64,000 nt of DNA from a virus (Duplodnaviria > Heunggongvirae > Uroviricota > Caudoviricetes): IMG/VR virus record IMGVR_UViG_2651869821_000001; one strand, 5' to 3'. Shown one piece after another: positions 58,124 to 64,000 of this stretch. Position numbers and translations under genes: made by a program. The notes under the pieces are model-generated. The model was not told the DNA's origin. It searched no databases and worked only from the letters and a program-made list of their open reading frames with translations. Each line of letters starts with the position of its first letter. Positions within the stretch are counted from its first letter, which is position 1.

Positions 58124-58495
58124 ATGAAGTTGGGAAATGCTATTTCGCTTTATTTCACTCTTCTATTTGTAGGCTTTGGCTTTCGCTACTGCCCTGCTTG
58201 GGATAAGGCGCTAAACAAATTACTGGATAACGGAACGCTGCTTGAATTGAAGTCTGGGATCGCGCTTTTTGAATATGAGGCACAGCTTTACGAGATTTTC
58301 GTTGGGGCTGGCTTCAGTCACTTCGGTTATCTCGTTGGATTTAATGATGAAGCAATTGATGGAAATCTCATGCGTCGCCCATCGTTCCGAACGATGGACA
58401 GATTGCAGCGTGTGGTAACAGCGGAGATAGCGCGAGTAGCCAAAGAAAAAGAGCGAGAAATGAGGGGCATTCTAAAGTCTCTTCTTAGCGAATGA
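58124..58495 (+). CDS. Hypothetical protein
   Basis: 123-aa ORF. Confidence 0.4.
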   Translation: MKLGNAISLYFTLLFVGFGFRYCPAWDKALNKLLDNGTLLELKSGIALFEYEAQLYEIFVGAGFSHFGYLVGFNDEAIDGNLMRRPSFRTMDRLQRVVTAEIARVAKEKEREMRGILKSLLSE

Positions 58496-58578
58496 AATAA
58501 AGGTCGCAATTATTGCCTTAAACAAATTGTTTTCTACCTTTTCTAAACTGTGAAAATAACAGCGTTTGAAACAGATGG

Positions 58579-58875
58579 ATGCTGAACATGACAGATAAAG
58601 ATAACCACTATCGTTTCCTGCGCGATCACTACAAACATGAGCGTTTCGAAGGTCGAAACAGTCCTGTCTGGGGGCATGACTATGCGGCATGTATTGAGAG
58701 AAGCGCCAGAGAGTCTTTGGAAAAGTATGGCTTTTCGGTGATCTCATGTCACGAGTCTAAAACTGGTGAAGCGATTTTTTATGACAGAAAGCTGAATATT
58801 CTCAAGGGTGAACAAATTAAACGAGCACTTCACGGTGCTTATTTGAAAGCAAAGAAAGAGAAAAAATATGAGTAA
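58579..58875 (+). CDS. Hypothetical protein
   Basis: 98-aa ORF. Confidence 0.4.
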   Translation: MLNMTDKDNHYRFLRDHYKHERFEGRNSPVWGHDYAACIERSARESLEKYGFSVISCHESKTGEAIFYDRKLNILKGEQIKRALHGAYLKAKKEKKYE

Positions 58876-59278
58876 CAAGATCGAGAACCCTGTAGTGATT
58901 GTTCACAAGCGCCAAAACAGCGACTCATATGCGGTGGCGATCACCAATGGCAGTAATAATTTTTATGATGGCTTGCTTGTTGTAGACGTAAATCCGGATG
59001 AAAAGAATGATCAATTTGCTGTTTTTTCTATGGCCGGTTACTACATGGCTGCTGAAATAGAGAGGCTTCGTAGACGTATTGATGAGTTGGAAAGTAAGAG
59101 CGAGTTCCCTGTTTTGCCTGAATTGGGGTCTCAGGAAATAAATGAAGCTGCTTGGTCGCTACATAATTCACTGGTAGCGAACGGTCCTATTAACGCCTCG
59201 CAATTCAACAATCTGAAGACGAGTTTTTACGAAGCTTTAAAAGTGGCAGTTGCCTCAAACATAGAGAAGACAGTATGA
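58868..59278 (+). CDS. Hypothetical protein
   Basis: Overlapping start with the upstream gene. Confidence 0.4.
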   Translation: MSNKIENPVVIVHKRQNSDSYAVAITNGSNNFYDGLLVVDVNPDEKNDQFAVFSMAGYYMAAEIERLRRRIDELESKSEFPVLPELGSQEINEAAWSLHNSLVANGPINASQFNNLKTSFYEALKVAVASNIEKTV

Positions 59279-59817
59279 GCATAACTGTAGAAAAGATTAA
59301 CGTTTTGTCCTTCATCATAACAGGCGCTGAACGCCTCGACCCTGTTCGCGTGATGATTGAAAACATTGAGCCGGGTAAAGGTCTGCTCACTATTACCTGC
59401 TTTGGCCGGTCATGGAATGGCTCCTGGGGTTCGATGGGCGGCGATACGGTTCAGGAGTTCATTAAACGCGTCAGCAATGACTATCTGATCGGCTGTTTAG
59501 CTCCACGACTTGAAAGTACCGTTGATGCTGACAATGAGGCAAATCTCATCTTTGTTAAGTCGCAAATCATAAAGCTTCGCCGCGAACGTGAAATTGATAG
59601 AGGGGAAGCCCGTGAAATGTGGACCGAGGCTAATGATGCAGAGAATGTGAAAGCTAACTGCTGTGATTTTCTGGTCGGTGACAAGCTTTTAAACCTGTTT
59701 GGTGACGATTCGTGGTACGCGGGCTGGCCCACAGTACTAAACCCTGAATATCAATATCTAGATCGCGTTATTAACGCGGTTCGTGACGGCATGGCAGAAA
59801 TGGAGCGTGCAGCATGA
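59275..59817 (+). CDS. Hypothetical protein
   Basis: ATGA overlap. Confidence 0.4.
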   Translation: MSITVEKINVLSFIITGAERLDPVRVMIENIEPGKGLLTITCFGRSWNGSWGSMGGDTVQEFIKRVSNDYLIGCLAPRLESTVDADNEANLIFVKSQIIKLRREREIDRGEAREMWTEANDAENVKANCCDFLVGDKLLNLFGDDSWYAGWPTVLNPEYQYLDRVINAVRDGMAEMERAA

Positions 59818-59851
59818 CAGCACTCGACAAAAAAGCAGAAGGAGCAGCCCA

Positions 59852-60211
59852 ATGATCAATATCGACAAAATCAATGACCATGAACTGGTTGATCTGAAAA
59901 ACGCTATCGAAAGAGAGCTTAAACGACGCGCTGAAGGGCCAAAAGTCACCACGTATTATGTCGTATCCTGCATCACTGATTCTCAGCATTTTACTGATTT
60001 GGACTGCGCCTTACGTTGCTTAAAAAGTGTCACCGAAGACCTTATGGAGTGGGTAGCGGAATCCCCAGAAAACCGGGATTACGTCAATCGATGCACAGGC
60101 ATTGTTGGGGCAAAACTCCAAGTGGAGGAGATGAATCTCGATCACTTCAACATGTGCGTCGCAGAAAAATATTTCGACGATATTTGTTATCCACCGGAGA
60201 CAGCCCAATGA
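59852..60211 (+). CDS. Hypothetical protein
   Basis: Start at ATG 59852 (MINIDKINDHELVDLKN); the track ORF start at 59783 overlaps the upstream gene. Confidence 0.4.
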   Translation: MINIDKINDHELVDLKNAIERELKRRAEGPKVTTYYVVSCITDSQHFTDLDCALRCLKSVTEDLMEWVAESPENRDYVNRCTGIVGAKLQVEEMNLDHFNMCVAEKYFDDICYPPETAQ

Positions 60212-60253
60212 GCAACATCGACAAACAGGCGCTGCGTATTGAGAGGGGGTGAG

Positions 60254-60430
60254 ATGAGTAACTTCCACGAACGCAAAGTTCGTCGAACTGAATATTACCA
60301 ACGTTTCGTTTTTGGCTGGAAGCTGCGTCCCTGCACGTCGTGTAACGGCAGTGGTTATTACGACCACAACGGTAGTCCGAAATGCTCGTCCTGCAATGGC
60401 ACAGGCAAAGAGCGGTACAAACCAAATTAG
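60254..60430 (+). CDS. Small zinc-finger protein with two DnaJ-type CxxCxGxG motifs
   Basis: CTSCNGSGY and CSSCNGTGK; 58 aa from ATG 60254. Confidence 0.45.
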   Translation: MSNFHERKVRRTEYYQRFVFGWKLRPCTSCNGSGYYDHNGSPKCSSCNGTGKERYKPN

Positions 60431-60481
60431 TAGAATTACGGCAGAAATTAAACGCCGCTGGCATCGGTAAGGGGATGTGAA

Positions 60482-60700
60482 ATGACAAAAATACTCCGGA
60501 AGAATTATCCACGTCAAAGTCGGTTTAAAGAGGCTCTATTTTTCCTTCTCTTTCTTATTTTAATGGTTCCAATATCACCGATATTCTTCATCTGGTTAGC
60601 AGGCGTACAGGCAGAAAAAATAGCCGAGTGGTATAGCTCCATCGTATGGGGGCCATTTAATAAACTGCACAACAAATTAAATCCGTACAGGGAGGGCTAA
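60482..60700 (+). CDS. Small membrane protein
   Basis: ALFFLLFLILMVPISPIFFIWLAGV hydrophobic core. Confidence 0.4.
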   Translation: MTKILRKNYPRQSRFKEALFFLLFLILMVPISPIFFIWLAGVQAEKIAEWYSSIVWGPFNKLHNKLNPYREG

Positions 60701-60703
60701 CCC

Positions 60704-62269
60704 ATGACCACTATTACCAGAGAACAGGCACAGAAAATAATTGAAGCAGCCGATGATGTTATCAATGCCATCGCAGGAAATCATGATGACGTTAGCCCGG
60801 AAAGCGACGGAATGTTACGCCTGTGGGACGACCTGAACGACCGTTATGCACCTCCAGAAGTTGTGCGCGAGCTGGCGCGTATCGCGCTGGCATCTCTCGA
60901 AGCGGAACCTATTGGCGCTTTCCACATTGCCGATCAGCAGGTGGGCGGAACCTCGGATTATATCAAGGATGGCGAGTGGCCCATCGATAATGGAGTCATT
61001 GAGGTATATGCCGCCCCGCCAGCGTCAGAACGCGAACGTATTCGCCATGAACATGCTGAATGGTCTTATGCCGACCCCGTTGTGTTCACCGACGAACGAA
61101 ATCTTCGTCACATTGCCAGTGGCCGAGAAACCTCTTTGATTTGGGGTAAACAAAACCAGGAGGTGGGAGATATCCCGCTCTATCGTCACGCCCCGCCAGC
61201 GCCGGCTGTAATTCAAAGCAGTCAGCTATTACACGACTTTTACCGAGCATATGCTGATTGGCTCATCAGCGGTGGCGATGGGCAGTTTTCGTGTGTGAAC
61301 GGATTATGTGCAAATCTGTTTGATTACTGCGACCGTAAAGGTGTCGGCAGTGCACAGGCGCTTAATGAAATGCATGTTCAATTTGTCACTGCGGGCATGA
61401 ATGAAAAGCTACCGTTTAACACCAGTGTCAGTGATTTCGATGCGGAAAGTGCTGATGGTAAATGCCACCTGAATACTGCACGCCGTAAATGGGTTTTCAG
61501 GCGAATTATTGACGGAGTTAAGCCAGTGCCGGTAGTGCCGGATGAGTGGACTATTGAGGATGCTGTGAAGTTTTGCAGGGAAACTGGAAGACAAGATGCT
61601 GGCTCAGCTATGGAGGCATGGAACGCCTGTCGCACTGCCATGCTCAACGCCGAGCCGCTGCGTGCCATCCAGACCGCGCCAGCATTGGATTTCTTGAATA
61701 AAAACGCCGCTCCGCTGCATGCCACCCCCAAAGGAAATAGACTCCGTATTGCGGAAGGTGAATTTGCAGCATATTTCCCGCAAGAGCGGCCTGTGTCCGG
61801 AGCGCGCGTAATTGCCTGGGATGAGAGCGGTCATTTGTTGGGTATCGGATTCGGTCGCGATACCCGAGGATCAGGCATCGCAATAGTTGTTGAGGGGAAG
61901 AAGTACGACTCAAATCATATTATCCACTGGTGCAACTATCCGGCGATCCCTGAAGGTTTAAATATTCGCGCTATCGCCGCGCTTCGTGCCGCCGTACGTA
62001 ATCAGTGGCTGAAGTCTGATAATTTTGCAGACAAGGTTTACTGGAAGAGCATGCACTCTATTGCCAATGAGATCGTCGAGGCAATGATGAAAAATGAGCC
62101 ACATCAACCTACCGAAAACCATATCCCATCCCGCGAAGCCATTATTGCTGGTGGCGTTTTGGTCCAATGCCCTCGATGCTATAACGATTCTTACCGTTTG
62201 AATGTTAATGGTCTGACTCATTATTGGTGCGACAAGTGTGCAAACTCCATTACTTCGGAGAGCAAATGA
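60704..62269 (+). CDS. Hypothetical protein (521 aa)
   Basis: Shares a WNACR-AMLN segment with the next gene; C-terminal CxxC..C..C. Confidence 0.5.
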   Translation: MTTITREQAQKIIEAADDVINAIAGNHDDVSPESDGMLRLWDDLNDRYAPPEVVRELARIALASLEAEPIGAFHIADQQVGGTSDYIKDGEWPIDNGVIEVYAAPPASERERIRHEHAEWSYADPVVFTDERNLRHIASGRETSLIWGKQNQEVGDIPLYRHAPPAPAVIQSSQLLHDFYRAYADWLISGGDGQFSCVNGLCANLFDYCDRKGVGSAQALNEMHVQFVTAGMNEKLPFNTSVSDFDAESADGKCHLNTARRKWVFRRIIDGVKPVPVVPDEWTIEDAVKFCRETGRQDAGSAMEAWNACRTAMLNAEPLRAIQTAPALDFLNKNAAPLHATPKGNRLRIAEGEFAAYFPQERPVSGARVIAWDESGHLLGIGFGRDTRGSGIAIVVEGKKYDSNHIIHWCNYPAIPEGLNIRAIAALRAAVRNQWLKSDNFADKVYWKSMHSIANEIVEAMMKNEPHQPTENHIPSREAIIAGGVLVQCPRCYNDSYRLNVNGLTHYWCDKCANSITSESK

Positions 62270-62973
62270 CACTAATCATCCAATCCGAGGCTTATATCAT
62301 TGGTATAGAGAAGGCACTAGACGATTCAGAGCGCACCGTTGGGAGCATCATCGAACCGCAGAAAGACGGATCTCTACGTGTTGTGGCTACGTTCAATGAG
62401 GCAGTAGCTTCCGTCATAGAGCAGCTGGACAACAAGGTACGCGCCGCCGAACAGCGCGTAAAAGAGATGGAAGCGAAACAGCAGCATGTCAGCCTGAAAC
62501 CGCAGCCGCTAACACTGGCGAACGAGACGATGGACGTTGATCGCCTGCGTGAAATCGCTGAAGAGGACAATGGTAGCGACGTTAAGTTTGAATGCTCAGT
62601 GATGGCGCGCATGCTGCTTTCTGTGGCCCTAAACAGCGATCCAGTGGCCTATACCGACGCGGAGGAGTTGGAGAGCCTGGAAGGAGTTGATGGGCACTCT
62701 TACGCGCACCTGTGGCCAAACTCCTACGGTTTCGGCAAAGACATTGCGCTCTATACCGTTCCGCAGATGATGCCGCTGCCGGTGAACATCCTGGACGATG
62801 AAACCAATCGGGACGTCTTTGAAGCCTGGGTGGCGGACTATACCGGCCATACCAAAGGCTTTGTGCGCCAGTTCCGAGTAGACGACAAATACCGTATCGA
62901 CTCGATGTGGAATAAATACTGGAACACCTGGAACGCTTGTCGCGCTGCCATGCTCAACGGAGGTAAATCGTGA
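62266..62973 (+). CDS. Hypothetical protein ending in the WNACRAAMLN motif
   Basis: ATGA overlap with the upstream stop. Confidence 0.45.
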   Translation: MTLIIQSEAYIIGIEKALDDSERTVGSIIEPQKDGSLRVVATFNEAVASVIEQLDNKVRAAEQRVKEMEAKQQHVSLKPQPLTLANETMDVDRLREIAEEDNGSDVKFECSVMARMLLSVALNSDPVAYTDAEELESLEGVDGHSYAHLWPNSYGFGKDIALYTVPQMMPLPVNILDDETNRDVFEAWVADYTGHTKGFVRQFRVDDKYRIDSMWNKYWNTWNACRAAMLNGGKS

Positions 62974-63329
62974 AAGAGAATCAAATCCGAGAACTGGTTA
63001 ACGAGCTGCGTGATATTGCTATTGAGTATCACGGCACACAACAGTTACGTGAACAAATTGCGCGTACAGTTCGTGCAGCGATAATTCAGGCCGGCAACTC
63101 TCCGGTAACTCCGGATGGTTGGATTCCAGTAAGTGAGCGGATGCCCGAAAATAAACCGGGTAGCTACGAGTACATTGTGTTTGAGTCGTTAAATAATCGC
63201 GCGCATCACGATTACTGGAATGTGCCAGATGGCTCTTGTGATGATTTCTCTCCATTCTGGAATCACTATGGAAAGTATGTAACTCACTGGATGCCACTGC
63301 CGGCAGCACCGCAGCAGGAGGAAAAGTAA
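62970..63329 (+). CDS. DUF551-like phage protein
   Basis: DGWIPVSERMPE..THWMPLPAAPQ pattern that I recognise from DUF551 proteins. Confidence 0.5.
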   Translation: MKENQIRELVNELRDIAIEYHGTQQLREQIARTVRAAIIQAGNSPVTPDGWIPVSERMPENKPGSYEYIVFESLNNRAHHDYWNVPDGSCDDFSPFWNHYGKYVTHWMPLPAAPQQEEK

Positions 63330-63632
63330 TGCAACCATTTGGGAAATTCTATTCGGTTGATGGTTGTACCTGTTCGTTGTGTCGCTCACGAGGCTACAGA
63401 AAAGGAAACGGATATGATGCTGAATTGAGAACCTGTAAACATCGAGCTCGTCAGCAGAGTAAGCGACTGATTGATAAGGAGTTAAGATAGTTCGAAGGCA
63501 TTCGCGATTATTGATCAAACTGAACTATAGCAGGAGCAGTAAACAATTTGTTTTCAGAGTTAAGTTATTATTTCACCATTCAAAATTGACCAACATTTGC
63601 TTTAATTTATACTGTATGAAAATACAGTATTC

Positions 63633-63911
63633 ATGGTGGCTAAAATGGGTGGCAAAGTACCTAACTACCAAATCGTTTATAGAGACGAGACACTCAATTA
63701 TTTCAAGCCTGGAGGATATGTTTTCTTTCAAAGGCTTAAAGAATATGGCGGTGGTTATTGGTTAGGAAAAATTTACGAGGATGGATTCGAGTTTGTGCTT
63801 GAAAGGCCAACCTCATTAAGTGAGGGAATTAAGCATTTACTTGTTTTAAAATACGTTGAAGATGGGTATCTGGAATTTGTAGATGATATCGACAACTTCA
63901 AGCTCCAATGA
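63633..63911 (+). CDS. Hypothetical protein
   Basis: 92-aa ORF. Confidence 0.35.
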   Translation: MVAKMGGKVPNYQIVYRDETLNYFKPGGYVFFQRLKEYGGGYWLGKIYEDGFEFVLERPTSLSEGIKHLLVLKYVEDGYLEFVDDIDNFKLQ

Positions 63912-64000
63912 TGCGATAGCTTTTAACATATCTCATGTGAAGATTATACGTTCGTATGTCATTCAGCACGTAGCTATCTTATGCGGCAAGATAAAACAAG

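Noticed and set aside
1-64000. Initial impression of a T5-like virulent phage (helicase/primase/ligase, NrdAB, ThyA, DHFR, SbcCD-like pair, tRNA)
   Set aside because: The polymerase is DnaE-type rather than family A. parA, an iteron repA, a lox-like site with tyrosine recombinase and a Gin/Cin invertase indicate a plasmid-prophage lifestyle. A P1/SSU5-like phage-plasmid fits better.

Overview
Dense, almost entirely plus-strand gene array that reads as a P1-like phage-plasmid (extrachromosomal prophage) with a large self-encoded DNA-metabolism complement. Left end: a partial minus-strand tail-fibre C-terminal cassette runs off the window, abutting a hix/gix/cix-like crossover site and a Gin/Cin/Hin-family serine DNA invertase that is frameshifted in an A6 run. 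Then a lysis cluster (membrane protein, muramidase-like hydrolase, Rz with embedded Rz1), ParA-type partition genes, DnaB-family helicase, Zn-ribbon/TOPRIM primase, ATP-dependent ligase, a structured non-coding block with tRNA-Asn plus a split tRNA-like element, an AT-rich opposite-strand moron encoding a membrane-anchored protein, PhoH, glutaredoxin, a lox-like 13-7-13 site with a Cre/Xer-like tyrosine recombinase and an XRE regulator, a vWA plus AAA+ (CobT/CobS-like) pair, DnaE-family Pol III alpha, gp32-like SSB, FEN/RNase H, RecA-like recombinase, SPFH lipoprotein, a P1-type RepA flanked by two iteron arrays, SbcCD-like nuclease, RuvC-like resolvase, NrdAB, ThyA with insertions, DHFR, dNMP-kinase-like protein, DnaQ-like proofreading exonuclease, a Dam-like and a second larger N6-adenine methyltransferase, RNase HI, and many small hypotheticals including a DUF551-like protein. 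The overall gene content resembles the SSU5/pHCM2 type of phage-plasmid; this is an inference from memory of those families, not a database result. The most notable unexplained structure is two families of palindromic motifs recurring in intergenic positions upstream of genes (about 20 copies of ATAAGTA..TACTTAT-like and about 9 copies of AACAAATTGTT-like). Others are an identical 54-bp palindrome at two loci 48 kb apart, a hairpin-rich RNA block around the tRNA, and a repeat-laden 570-bp intergenic region upstream of rnhA.
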